Counted from the first letter of the whole stretch, positions 49,166 to 62,530 are shown. The stretch is DNA of 63,795 bases, filler included, from Octopus bimaculoides (GCF_001194135.2; 6 parts of 6 records of this genome joined end to end with filler, not necessarily neighbours in it); one strand, 5' to 3'. Notes: a model not told the origin generated them from the sequence alone. Made by a program: numbers and translations.

Positions 49166-49541
49166 CTTTTCAACTCTAGGCACAAGGCCCGAAATTTTTT
49201 GGGGAGGGGACCAGTGAATTAGATCGACCCCAGTACGCAACTAGTACTTAATTTATCGACCCCGAAAGGATGAAAGGCATTTCGCCCGGCGTGCTAACGT
49301 TTCTTATTTCTTTATTTCCCACAAGGGGCTAAACATAGAGGGGACAACCAAGGACAGACAAACGGATTAAGTCGATTACGTCGACCCCAGTGCGTAACTG
49401 GTACTTAATTTATCGACCCCGAAACGATGAAAGGCATAGTCAACCTTGGCGGAATTTGAACCCAGAACGTAACGACAGACGAAATACCGCTAAGCATTTC
49501 GTCCGGCGTGCTAACGTTTCTGCCAGCTCGCCGCCTTGGCT
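49166..49541 (-). mobile_element. SINE family C, dimeric, with 12-bp TSD
   Basis: Two copies of the central TTTCATC(C/G)TTTCGGGGTCGATAAATTAAGTAC domain within one TSD, TACGAGAATATT, at 49154-49165 and 49542-49553. Confidence 0.85.
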
Positions 49542-51110
49542 TACGAGAATATTGTCTATTTAAAGGCAAAAATCCCGTTATGTTCTGAGTTCAAATTTTA
49601 CATCTCGTATAGCGCAACAGCTTCCTCCACTCAAACTTCATATTCTTGAGAAATGATTATCCGTCGTATTTTAAAAGATCTTCTTTTTGTTTATGTGTTT
49701 TTCACCATCATGTTTTCATACTTCTTTTCGCTGATCTAAATGCAATCCAAAGTTACAGTAGAACTTCATCATATCAATAATGATCGATATTCTACATTTC
49801 TACTGTGATATCAGCATTATATGTTGAAAGCACCTTTCTACGGTGACACAACCATTATACAATGATTTTAAAATTCTATATCAGTATCCTCATTCTCTAG
49901 TGATGTCAATATTCTGCAGTGTTAGCTACTCTTATTTACAATTCGATTATTTCTATTTTTCTTTTCATTTCGTTGATCTAAAATACATTCTTCAAATTTA
50001 GACTGATGTTTTATCAGTTTTCGTATAATCCTGATATTAATGCGTTCGAATATTTTGCATTTTACGTGCAATGCATTTAAAATTATAATACTTTGATACT
50101 TGTGCTTGATTTTTACCTATTGTTTTGAAATTTTATGATTCTTTATTCTGAAAAAGGAGAATAGATTCCTAAGAGTTTTAGATTATTAGCAGAATAGCGA
50201 CGATTATTATACAGATTCTGATGGTGCGCTAGGTCTCTTTGACCTAACTGTCAATGGGTCTAGTCAAGTCTAGGTATTTTTAAATAGATAGACAAAAATG
50301 TGCAAACTGCTGTTATAAGTTAATGCGGACACTTTATAACATGAATGTGTGGTCGTCGTAGTGTGTGTTGATATTTAACCCCATGTTATTCCTGATCAAG
50401 CTGACCAGTGAAAAAGGTATTTCAACCATAACCATCCCGTCTTCTTAGAAGTATCCCGTCAGCTTGTCTAATTTTGCATTAGTTTGAAGTGTTGAATACG
50501 AATCTTTTATTAGATTGCGAGAAAGCAATTGGAAATGACTTCTGTTTCTTTCGCTTGAATGACTACGAGAAGATGCCATCAAAAAGGTTGATTAGGGTCA
50601 CATTCTTTTAGTAGAGAACTTTCTTTAAGTTTATAATGCAATTATCTTACTTTTCGTGCATGTACTTGACTAGGTGCAGTCACTAGCAAGCTGATGTGCT
50701 ATGTATGTCAGCATGTGAGTATTGTAGTGTGATGGTAAGCAGCTAGGGTGAGAGACATTTTCTCACTTCTCGTACGTATCATTTTCAGATTCATAGTCTG
50801 TTGAGGAATGATGACGGCTAGTTTGAAGTGACCAACGGCAACATTTGGGGGTTCGAACGATCTGATAGAAATACTCAAATCTTCTTCAAATCGCGCGAGC
50901 CAATGAAGGAACATCTATGTGGTCGTTTGACCTGCTGAAACTGGCTGCCAAATTTCGCTAAGATCATACCGTACCGTTTTAAAAAGAAGATGTAGATAAT
51001 GTAGTCCTAGATACGTTATATCTGCAAAAGATGAGAAAGTCATGATTAGAACGCCCTCGACTCAGTCAATGCTAGCCTGGAATTAGACATCATCATTAAC
51101 ATAAAAGAAT

Positions 51111-51377
51111 ACAGTTCTATATTTAAGAGATGAGGAATTATGTACATTTGACGGATATTTGTTCTCATCTTTTTTGTTGTTAACACAACGTTTCAGCTGA
51201 TATAGCCTCCAGCCTTCAGCAGGTTTCTTGGGGAAATTTCGAACCTGGGTTGTCATTCCTAAGGCATTTCTCGATGTTATTACTATTATTATTATTCAGA
51301 TCACTGCTTTGAATCGAACACGGAATCTTGGGGTTTGTAGCTCACACTCTTAAGCACTACGCCATATGCCTGTGGGC
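51111..51377 (-). mobile_element. tRNA-head/hammerhead SINE-like element, apparently full length
   Basis: Minus strand: TGGCGTAGTGCTTAAG (A box), GTGTTCGATTC (B box), (AAT)n, HHR at 51182-51227 with CTGCTGA (A6>C), tail ending ...TAAATATAGAACTG. Confidence 0.8.
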
Positions 51378-52316
51378 AATTATGGAGTGAATTTTAGGGC
51401 TTATAAATATTTTCCTATCGAATGTAAATAATGAGCAAAAAAGAATATCTGGATAAATTTTTGAAGGTGACCTTGTCATTTACGTTAGCTTTTAGCTCTA
51501 TGCATTACTCTTCTAGGATAAACATCTACTGAAGTTCGGCATTGATTTTTATTAATCACAAAATGATAGATAGATTTCTAGGGTATCTTCTACTTTTTGA
51601 CTTAATACCTTTATTTACAACATCTTAAAGAATAAAATAACAACACCCCCTCAAAACAGAAAAGATATGTGTTGTGTCCAAATATTCGTCTTTTGATTTT
51701 GAATTTTATTTAAACAGAACACGTTCTTCAATTTTATCATACGATTATCCTTGCTTTCTTTTTGAATTCCGTTTAAACTAAAATAGAATCCAGTTATTTT
51801 ACTTTCACTCCTTGTTATATTTAACAAAGTTAGAGTTATTTAAAATTTATTCCTTTATCCAGGTTTCTTGTTCGATCTTGTATGAAATCTTATAATTTAA
51901 AAACAACTTTTATTGATTTTACTTCTAAGATGGATCGACACAATAACTTGATGGAGAAATAAACATGGCGATCTTGTTCAGATTTAAGACAGTAATTTCA
52001 ATCAGAATAAAAATTCCTTCATGCTGATTATAGTGAAATTTTTTCTTCTCATCGCTGTTTTCCAGATAGTGGTAATATCATTCTCATCAATAACATTATT
52101 GCTACAAAATTCGCTTCTTTTTTTTTATCTTTCGTTACGTACGCCATGAGTTGCATTCGTTTAATCATTTGGAGTTTTTAGCTACATTTCCTTACACACA
52201 CATCACTCACACACACATATGTCTGTGTGAGTGTATACATGTATGTGTACGTATTTGTATATGGATGTATATGTAAAGAGAGTGAGATAGATAAATAGAC
52301 AGACAAAGATCAATAG

Positions 52317-52355
<39 letters not shown>

Positions 52356-53402
52356 AAGAAAGAGAGAAAGAGAGAGAGAGAAGGAGAGAGAGAATAAAGA
52401 GATTTCTTTGAATTTATTAGAACTTAGCTCTCCGAAGCCATAATTCGCAGAGTATTGTCGGAAGTAGGTCTTCTTTTCTTTCTATTTCGTAGACAAGCAC
52501 TGACCACAACTGTTGAAAACATTTCCATTGAAAATCCTTGACACGCCGCAAGACACTTAAGCGTTCAGTTAGATAACTCTATTTTCATCAAGTACGTCTA
52601 AGTATTTTGTAATGCATTGTATATATCTTGGAGTTGCTTGAGATATTTGTTTAACAAATAAATTCTCCCAGAGATATTTTGTTTTAGTTAAAATTGCTAC
52701 AAGGCCATGAAAGAAAATTAACAAAAGTAGTGATATCACCAATAACAACTGTAACAATAAAACAATAAAAACAAAAGAACAAAACAAAACAAATAATTAT
52801 AAACAGTGAGACTTGAACATTTGCAAAATAATAAAATAACTCAAAAATGTTTTGTTCTCGTTGACATAACTGTTGTGGTTGTTTTTAATGCGGTGTTGAT
52901 GACGTGTAGTGACAGTGTTGACTATGGCTGGATGCGCGGTTGGCTAGTTTTGGGTTCTCTGACTGTTTGACCCGATATCAAGAAAACAGCCAAATGAATA
53001 TTGAAGAGCGATCCTTAGTTCAGTACGCCGAATATGTTTCAGTTTCAAGACATCATTGATTTAAAAGTCATTTCTATCTGGCTGATGTCACTACTTCTTA
53101 TTTAAACTTTAAAAATTAAATAAATACATAATATAAAATATAATTTCTGGTAACTTGATATTCTATAGATCTATACTTTTCCCCCTGCTTTTCTTTTGCT
53201 CTTTAATCTATATGGAAATTAAGATAACTGTTTTTGAACACTGCGCTTCAAATTTGAAAAAAAAACCCCTTTAGTAGCAGGTTATAAGATTTGATCCGAA
53301 CTTACATAATCATGAAAATCAAACGCATCTCTGTTTGAACATAGATAGATTGACATATTGTTTAATGTTAACATTTCATTGTGTCTTCAATATCTGATAC
53401 AG

Positions 53403-53615
53403 CCGAAGGCGGCGAGCTGGGAGAAACGTTAGCACGCTGTGCGAAATGCCTAGCAGTATTTCGTCTGTCTTTACGTTCTGAGTTCAAATTCCGCCGAGGA
53501 CGACTTTGCCTTTCATCCTTTCGGGGTCGAAAAATTAAGTACCGGTTGCGTACTGAGGTTGATCTAATCGGCGGGCCTCCTCCCCCAAACTTTCGGGTCT
53601 TATGCCTTGAGTAGT
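53403..53615 (+). mobile_element. SINE family C, monomer
   Basis: AAGGCGGCGAGCTGG...GAGTTCAAATTCC (B-box-like)...TTGCCTTTCATCCTTTCGGGGTCGA. Confidence 0.85.
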
Positions 53616-53619
53616 ACTC

Positions 53620-53926
53620 TGTCATCCAACATGTTCACTAAACCTTGCACCAACTGACTATCACATTTTCCAGGCATTAGACAACTTTTTGCAAGGGAAA
53701 AAAAAATTCAAATCTGAAGAAGATGCAAAAACAGTCTTCCGTGATTTCACCACCTCTTGCTCTCAAGAATTCTTCGCTGCCGGCATTAATAAGCTACCGA
53801 TAAAATGTCAAAATTGAGTTGATAATTTAAGTGCATATTTTGATTAATTGCATTGCTTTTTGTTCAGATAAAGTAAAATAAACTTTTAGTTCAAAATCGG
53901 ACATTTTATTCTTAATGGTCTGATAT
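53620..53926 (+). mobile_element. Mariner 3' fragment with right end
   Basis: PTDYHIFQALDNFLQGK-FKSEEDAK...GINKLPIKCQN*VDNLSAYFD*, followed by a TIR-like end and TA. Confidence 0.8.
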
Positions 53927-53928
53927 AA

Positions 53929-54031
<103 letters not shown>

Positions 54032-54035
54032 GTCA

Positions 54036-54089
<54 letters not shown>

Positions 54090-54436
54090 ATATATATTGC
54101 GCATTATAAGATTTTGTGAGAAAGTAAGAAATCATGAGTATTGGGTAGTATTAGTAGTTAGGCAATGTCAATTGGAATATTAAGTTACAATTAGTTGCAG
54201 AATTTACAAAAGTATTTTACTTGTCTTTTGAAATTGTTTTTCGGCGGCAAACTGGAAAGAAGAGTAGAGCATAGATTGGAATGTAACGTATTTAATTGCA
54301 GTCTCTAATATTTTGTGTTGAAATCATCTAGAGTTACATAAGCAACCCACCCTCTACACTGAGGCTCTATTTATTTATCTTTTAGTTAGAAGGGAATGTA
54401 GCGCCCTTGACCTGCTACAGGACCTCGAAGAGTCGC

Positions 54437-54521
<85 letters not shown>

Positions 54522-55739
54522 GTATCCTCAAACAAGAAACCTGGATGGAATGCTTGCAGTAGAGTGTACTCCGCTAAAGCACCCAAGGTGCCAGTAGCTG
54601 GTGTTAAATCGGACAATGGATTAAGTCTACCACCCAAATAAGCCAAGGAAGGATTTGAACTCAGCACACCGATAAGATAACGCAGGTATCAGATCGTGGT
54701 CGCATTTCCGTCTGTACGCTGCATTGGATCGATCTTGAAAAGACGAAAGGCAAGTTTGGCCTTGGCAGCATTTTGAATGCAGAGTCGGAACAAGTACAGC
54801 AAAGCATTCTGTCGAACGCTCTAATGTCTTTGTCACTTCATCTACAGTATTCACAATCACAAAATCTAGCTTTTTGTAGATAAATTGAAAATACGAAACT
54901 AAACATTTATACCAAACTATTTGTTTCTTTCATGGAACATAAGTATACTAATGATTTGCTGTTTAACCCCAGGTTAGTCTTGATTGTACAGTTCCATGAT
55001 CAATGATGTTTCAGTCACCACCATCCCATCAAATTTTCAGATATTTAGCACTACATAATGCAAAGTGTCTCTATTTTCCAAGAGGTTAGGATGTGATTTA
55101 AGGGAAATCAAGTTGCTTCTCTAATTGATCAACCAACTGCATAATGGTTCCACTATTGGTTTATTGAATACAAATGCTAAAGATAAACGCGTTTTGTGAG
55201 CGTTCTGAAGAATAATTGGATTTTGGTGTCTTAGAGTAAATTGCTTCAAAAATGTTTGGTGTAGTCACAGATTTCTCATGGCATCATTGAAGCCTCAGTA
55301 GTATTTCCCCTATTTTTACGGTTGGGTTGCATGGAACACTCGTATCTCTATGGACTTTTCCTATAAGATCTACGCTAGTTATCCATTAATGCAAGGTCAC
55401 AAATGTCGAATCAGATATCAATGCTTACTGGTTATAGACACAGAATTAGGTTGTTTATGATTTAGCATAATACACTACCGAAAAGGTGACACTATATGGG
55501 AGTGTTAAATGATTCTCACTCTATCGATGACGATGGTGATCATAATGCTACTGGTGGTAATGATAATGATAGTGATGATGATGATGAAGACGATGACGAT
55601 AAGGTTGTTGAGCACAATTTCTTACATCGAACTGAAGCACTAAATCTGTTGCCGAAAGTTGTGTCGATTAAGTAGATCCTATTAAATTACAGACATTTAT
55701 TTTACACTGTACTACTACTACTACTACTACTAATAATAA

Positions 55740-56165
55740 TAATCCTTTCCGCTGTAGGCACAAAGCTTGACATTTTCGGGGAGCGGGTAAGTCGATTACA
55801 ACAACCCCAGTGCATAACTGCTACTTATTTAATCGACCCCGAAAGGATGAAAGACAAAATCGACCTCGGCGGAACTTGAACTCAGACGAAATACTGCTGA
55901 GCATTTCGCCCGGCGTACTAACGTTTCTGCCTGCTCGCCGCCTTGATAATAATCTTTTCTACTCTAAGCACAAGACCCGAAATTTTTGGTGAGTGGGCCA
56001 GTCAATTAAATCGACCGCAGTACGCGACTGGTGCTTAATTTATCGACCCCGAAAGGATGAAAGGCAAAGTCGACCTCGGCAGAATTTGAACTCAGAACGT
56101 AAAGACAGACGAAATACCACTAAGCATTTCGCCCAGCGTGCTAACGTTTCTGCCAACTCGCCGCC

Positions 56166-56198
<33 letters not shown>

Positions 56199-56600
56199 TA
56201 CAGAAATAAATTTATTTCTCAAACGCGTGATAATGCTATAAATAGCGTGATCAGGATAAATTATCCATTTATTGCAGAAAAATACGTTACTGGCCAGCCA
56301 TGAGACTCGAACTCACATCTCTGTGATTACGCCTCAAGTGTTTTACCATTAAACTAAACTGCCCAGCAACGAATTCTTCTGTAAAGTTAAAAATAATAAT
56401 AATCTTTTCTACTAAAGGCACAATTTTGGTGGAGAGGACTAGTCGATTACACCTATCTCAGTGTTTCACTGGTACTTAATTTATCGACCATGGAAGGATG
56501 AAAGTTAAAGTCGACTTCGGCGGAATTTGAATTCAGAACGTAGAGACGGGCGAAATACCGCTAAGCATTTCGTCCAGCGTGCTAACGTTTCTTATTTCTT
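55740..56600 (-). mobile_element. Cluster of three same-orientation SINE family C units
   Basis: Units at about 55740-55945, 55950-56167 and 56400-56595, each with ATCGAC..GAA.GATGAAAG..AA.TCGAC, separated by (AAT)n. Confidence 0.85.
56291..56363 (-). pseudogene. tRNA-like pseudogene or SINE head (loop GG-CGT-AA, Thr-like)
   Basis: GGCAGTT TA GTTT AATGGTA AAAC A CTTGA GGCGTAA TCACA GAGAT GTGAG TTCGAGT CTCAT GGCTGGC CA. D and T arms pair; the anticodon stem is broken and U33 is absent. A T5 run follows about 9 nt downstream. Confidence 0.5.
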
Positions 56601-57144
56601 AGGCATCGGTACCCACCTAGACCATCTCAACGCCCACCGGGTTGGGGGCGGTAGCGCCCACTTTGAGAACCTATGATTTAGACCATGAACATCATGATGG
56701 TGAAGAAGCTTCATTCCAATTTTCAGTGATTGTATTTAAAATTTTATAATCTTGATAGTAATTTAGAAAATCTAGATTTGGAATCCTAGATCTAAATCTA
56801 GATAACTAGAGTCCAAATTCAGATATAAATACACGAGCACATGCACACATAATATTTATTACTAATATTTTCAAGATGGTTTCAGTTCTTTTTTCTATCT
56901 GTAGATAGAATCAGATTAGACCTAATTCTAATATTAATGGATCTTTACGATTCGTAATACCTCGAAGTATGTATCTTGTATTGTGCTGAGAACTGATTAT
57001 GTATTATTAGTGCATCCTATTACCAAAGTTGAGATTTCCCCAAAATTTCGTATCATTATGTTGTGTCTTTAGAATAATTCATGCAACAGATATTGCAACC
57101 ATGTCCCCCGTAAACGAAATATATTCATGGTTATATATATTCAT

Positions 57145-58380
57145 TTACTACAATATATGAAGATTGTTTACATCAAACCTATTACGAACGAACATATTCC
57201 AAAGTGTTTAATATGTCACAAGGCATATAACGGAGCTACGGAACCGAACATTTTGTTGCAAAACATTCTGAAGAGCAAGTCCAACCCATTGAATATTTCA
57301 AAGAACTGCAGAAAATACTTTAAATTCATTCTGCATTAGTTACATTATTCGATAAGCAAAATTCAAGGAACGAAAATAGATTAACTGCAGAGTATCGTAA
57401 ATCACAATTAATTGCAAAAAGTGGTAAAAGCCATAACATTGAAGACACTTTGATAATGATTTCTATTAAAGAATTTACCGCAATAGTCATGCAACAGGAT
57501 TCAACTGAAGTTATAAAAACATTATCCCTTAGCGACAACACATTAAAGCGACACATTGCCAAAATGGCGGTTAACGTTGAAAATAAATTTATAGCCATTC
57601 TCCCAAATCGTCAGTTTCTATGCAGTTGGAAGAGTCCTCCCTTGTAGGTAATAATGCTTTATTAATGGCATATGTAAGATACTTTGATGAGAATACCATG
57701 CTGTAAGAAATGCTTATGATTTTAAATCATATTACAAATACAAAAGGGTTATCAATGTTTACTGTTCTGAAATATTAATTTGCAATAAAATATAATATTG
57801 AACAATATTGTTGCATTCACTACTGATGGAATTCCGCCATTGATAGGCAACTATTGTGGTTCTCTTGCATATTTGGAGTAAAAGAATGTTATAAATCAGA
57901 TCAAATGGTAAAAATAATGTGTTTTGATAGCTGTGCCAAGATAATAAGCAATCTACTATTACTGCTCCTCACAAAAGTTCGTCGGCTCTCAAAAGGAGCA
58001 TGTTTGACTCGTTTTGTCGAATTATATGATACTGTAATAGAGTTTTTAAAATTAGAAACGAAGTTGGGCTTTATAAACAATTAAAAACAAGAGGCGTTTT
58101 ATTTTTAAGAAATGTAAGGAAATTAATTTGCAGTTCCAAGGAGCTGAACAACACTCATAAGCTGCAAAATTGTTGTTTCATTATTTATCAGATAGGATGA
58201 TCTTTTCTTCTATCATATTTTCGGAAAGTGAATTTAATCAGTTTGTGGAATTGTCATCGATTCAGATTGATGTAACTCCAAAGGTTTAAAGGTTCAGTAG
58301 CTACTTAAACCAATTTAAATAAGATATGAAAGAACGATGTTACGGGCATAGAACTTTTCGAATTTAAAGTAGACCTAATT
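57145..58380 (+). mobile_element. hAT Buster/Charlie-type transposase pseudogene
   Basis: PKCLIC, SGKSHNIEDTLI, LSLSDNTLKRHIAKMA, TTDG.PPLIG, LLLLTKVRRLSKGACLTRFVELY; many frameshifts. Confidence 0.85.
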
Positions 58381-59129
58381 TCAACAGTCGTCGATACCAA
58401 ATTAACAAAAAAAAAAAAAAATAGTGCCTGTTTTATGTCCAATTCTGCCCTACATTTCTCTTCTTATATCACATGGAACCAAGACTTAGTGTTATAATTC
58501 ATATTGTCAGGTATAAACTTGTTTGCTAATCACTTGTCTGACATTTCACCTGTTCCCTATAAAAATAGAACGAGATACACAACAGTTGTACAAGGCTCAA
58601 CAATTTCATTAAATTAAAGGTCATTTAAGTTATCTTCTTCATTTATGCAGATATGCGATATAATTTCAAGTAATTGTATTGCTTTATACAGAACATTTTA
58701 CTTCTTTTCAATTAAAATATAAATGCAAATTTAAGGCACCTCTTTTTCTTTACAAGTACTCTGTTCATATGGTGGAAAAAATGATACGCACACACACATA
58801 CACACACACACACACGCTCGCGGGCGCGCGAGATAGACAATATAAATGAATACAAAACGAAATGTAATGCTCCTTCATTAAACATTAAAATATAATGGAA
58901 ACAACATTAACTCTACCGAAGAAGTACAAAAATAAAACATCGAAAGCAGCAAACAAAATACTTTTAGTTGTAGTTAGAGTACAAATCATAATTATAAACT
59001 CATATTCCGTGGAGTTATGAACTCAATAACAGCACATTTAATTGTTATAAAATGACAAAAGAAGATCTCTCAACTCATTGGATGAAAAGAATAAAATCAC
59101 CCTGGGATGAACATCATTCTATACTCTAG

Positions 59130-59283
59130 GTGCAACGACTGCGAATTGACGTGACCTGCCGGCGCGTAAATATTCACGTATTCGCAAGAAGGGTGGCGTC
59201 ACCTCTTATTCAAAAGATTTTGGCAACGCGGCATTAGGTTTGGCGGGAAAATATAAAGTCCAATACTTTTTGAGCGCACCTCG
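59130..59283 (-). mobile_element. Mariner-type terminus
   Basis: Minus strand TA|CGAGGTGCGCTCAAAAAGTATTGGAC; explains this small CpG-rich island. Confidence 0.6.
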
Positions 59284-59510
59284 TATATATATATATATAT
59301 GCGCATATATGCATGCATACATATATGCACGGATATACATGTATGTACACGAATATACATATATACAAATGCATGACTACCCTGTTTCATGTCTAAATTC
59401 CAAGGGAAGGCCTTGTTTCTAGGCTACAAACCGGCTCTTTCTCCATTGTTTAGAAATTCGAAAAATAAAACTAAACATACACGCGCGCATACTTCACACT
59501 CACACAAACA

Positions 59511-59550
59511 TCTATATATATAAAAATGAGAATGTGTGTGTGTGTGTGTG

Positions 59551-59597
<47 letters not shown>

Positions 59598-59830
59598 GTG
59601 AATCCCTAAAACTCGAGAACTACGCAACCAATTTCATTCAAATTTTACAGATGCCTTACTTAGGGTTCCAGTTGTGTTTTAGTCAAAAAAATTTTTAACT
59701 TCTTGCAGAGTTCGAGCCCACGGCAACATAATATCTCCTCCACTATTTAAGTATTACGTGTCAAAAGTGAAACAAAAACACTCATGTCAAATACTTTCAC
59801 TTTAAAAATGTAACTATTTCACGAACTGAA
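59511..59830 (+). mobile_element. Non-autonomous Helitron-like element with (TG)n(CTGT)n
   Basis: A|TCTATATATATAAAAATGAGAATG(TG)n(TCTG)n...AACTACGCAACCAATTTCATTCAAATTTTAC; 3' end not located. Confidence 0.55.
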
Positions 59831-60337
59831 ACAATCACATTTCGATATTGTAATGATAGATACTTTCAGAGAGAGAGAAAGAGATAAAGAGTGAAAGAGA
59901 GAGAGAGAGAGAGATGTATATGTATACATAGAGATGTATATGTACACGTATATGTATAGATCTATATGCATACATGTATATGTATACATATGTGTAGATG
60001 TATATATATATAGATGTACATGTAATATGTACACATATATACATATATATACATGCATACAGGTATCTATACATATATACACCCATCACACACATACACA
60101 TGCACACAAACACACACATTAGTCATTTGTTTTCTTATCCAAAACTACGTCAAAAGTACTGAATGGATCTTTATGAAATTTGGAAATTATATTCTATGCA
60201 TAACGGCCATAACCCCCATGAAAATTCNNNNNNNNNNNNNNNNNNNNNNNNNNNNNNNNNNNNNNNNNNNNTTAATTAATTAANNNNNNNNNNNNNNNNN
60301 NNNNNNNNNNNNNNNNNNNNNNNNNNNTATATATATA

Positions 60338-61320
60338 CGAGGGCTAATCAATAAGTATCAGAAATGTTGCCATAGTAACAAATCTAAAGAACGCAGAGTA
60401 AAGCCGCTTGGCACAGATTTACCTCAACTCTGTTGTGCATGCGCACTAAGTTTTAACGTTCTAGCTCACTTCTGTTGTTTACAACATTGCTTGAAAGGAA
60501 GGTGTGTAGCGTGTGATCGTCGTATTGACCACGACAATGTTATCACAGTGAAACCTGCTCAGAGACCTACGCAAAGTTGAAGAAAGTGTATGGTGAGGTG
60601 TGTATGAGCTGCACGCAAGTCTACGAGTGGTTCAGACGCATCGAAGATGACCGAGAAAATGTCAATATTGACGAAGGTTTGGGGAGACCCGCAATCAGCA
60701 GAACTGAGAAAAACATCGCAGTTGTGCATGCAGCTGTGAGGGAAAATCGTCGAATCACCATCCGTGAGTTATCAGATGTGCAGATTAGTTACCGTTCTGT
60801 TCAGTCCATTATCTCTGAAGATTTGCGTATGAGACGTGTGTCTGCGAAGCTTGTGCCAAAACTACCTTCATACTTTCAGCTGACCAAAAAGACNNNNNNN
60901 NNNNNNNNNNNNNNNNNNNNNNNNNNNNNNNNNNNNNNNNNNNNNNNNNNNNNNNNNNNNNNNNNNNNNGTTCAGACGCATCGAAGATGACCGAGAAAAT
61001 GTCAATATTGACGAAGGTTTGGGGAGACCCGCAATCAGCAGAACTGAGAAAAACATCGCAGTTGTGCATGCAGCTGTGAGGGAAAATCGTCGAATCACCA
61101 TCCGTGAGTTATCAGATGTGCAGATTAGTTCCCGTTCTGTTCAGTCCATTATCTCTGAAGATTTGCGTATGAGACGTGTGTCTGCGAAGCTTGTGCCAAA
61201 ACTACCTTCATACTTTCAGCTGACCAAAAAGACACTCGGGTTTCAGTTGCACAATATATCCTTGATTATATCGCGAAATGATGAAAGCTTTTTGAAAACT
61301 TTGCGTAGGCCTCTAAGCAG
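60338..61320 (+). mobile_element. Mariner 5' part with an artefactual 264-bp duplication across a gap
   Basis: TA|CGAGGGCTAATCAATAAG; VYEWFRR...GRPAISRT...ENRRITIREL...MRRVSAKLVPKL. 60630-60893 and 60970-61233 differ at one base. Confidence 0.85.
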
Positions 61321-61389
61321 GTATCACCAAACTTTTAGCAAAGATTGATGCAGGTTCTCTGCTCAAATTTCTGTCATATATATTTTTAT

Positions 61390-61685
61390 TCTTTTATTCT
61401 TTTATTTGTTTCAGTCATTTGACTGTGGCCATGCCACCCCAGGACTTATTCTTTGTAAGCCTAGTACTTATTCTATCGGTCTCTTTTGCTGACCCACTAA
61501 CCTACGGAGACGTACACACACCAGCATCGGTTGTCAAGCGATGGTGGGGATGGGGTTGGACAAACACAGACACAAAAACATATACAAATATATATATATA
61601 CGACGAACAAGGCTTTGGTCGATCCGGGGCTAGCCCGGAACCATGTGATTGAGAAGTAAACTTCTTACCACATAGCTACGCATGC
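61390..61685 (-). mobile_element. CORE-like SINE family A, internally deleted
   Basis: GTTTCAGTCATTTGACTGTGGCCATGC tail; head CTTCTTACCACATAGC. Confidence 0.75.
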
Positions 61686-62149
61686 GCATTATACATATAT
61701 ACCCTGTTGTTGATGTTAAAATTCCAATCAAGGAAACTTGGATGTTGGTTAGAATCCGGTTCTTTCTCTATTGGCAAGAAATTTTGAAATAAACTGAATA
61801 ATGACATACATAGAAATATATGTAAGCACACACAGAGATACACACACACATATACATATACAACGTGTATAACCGAATAACCATATGCACATCTGTTTTT
61901 CTACTGCCTTGTCCTTGTAGAAGGTGAGTGTCGAAGTTAAATTCGGTAATAGCTGAAATGAGAATGTATAAATGTATTGCTGAAATATTTGTAATTTTCA
62001 GGTGTTTTATTTCCCTGAAATTAATCGCTTCCGTATGTTCCACTCAAAGTGCTGTAATGCAGGCTTGCCCGTGATGTGCGCAGAGCGATGAAACTGTTCT
62101 GCATGCCCTTGTCCAGTGCTCGAGATTGCTGACTTGTAGGGCTTGTGTC

Positions 62150-62400
62150 AAATACCAGCTGTCGCGTGTGTGAATGCAACTCTGGTAGTTACACCAGTCT
62201 TAATAAAGGAACTGTTAAGTCTGTTGGTAATGGTACATAGGGCACCTAGAACAACTGGAATTACTTTTGCAGAAACCCTCCACAGTCATCGTATTTCCCT
62301 AGCCAATTCCTGGTATTTTCCTATTTTATTCTGATCTTTGACCGTTTTCATTATTCGATATCTGATAGTTTCAGACAAATTTCTACTCCATCACCTGCTA
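62150..62400 (-). mobile_element. R4/Dong-type C-terminal (RLE) fragment
   Basis: KIGKYQELAREIR*LWRVSAKVIPVVLGALCTI. Confidence 0.7.
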
Positions 62401-62471
62401 CACCCCTTTGTTGCAGAGGTGTGTGCACATCATCTTCATCATCATCTTCGTCACCGTCGTGGTCGTCGTCG

Positions 62472-62530
<59 letters not shown>

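Noticed and set aside
56601-56675. hAT-like terminus (CACTTTGAGAACCTATG) as the left end of the Buster element
   Set aside because: The orientation is that of a right end, so it cannot be the left TIR of the downstream + strand transposase; no partner was found.
62050-62150. CP*CAQSDETVLHALVQC as an L1/Tx1 zinc knuckle
   Set aside because: Plausible, but it is only about 20 codons with a stop and no further supporting domain; too short to annotate.
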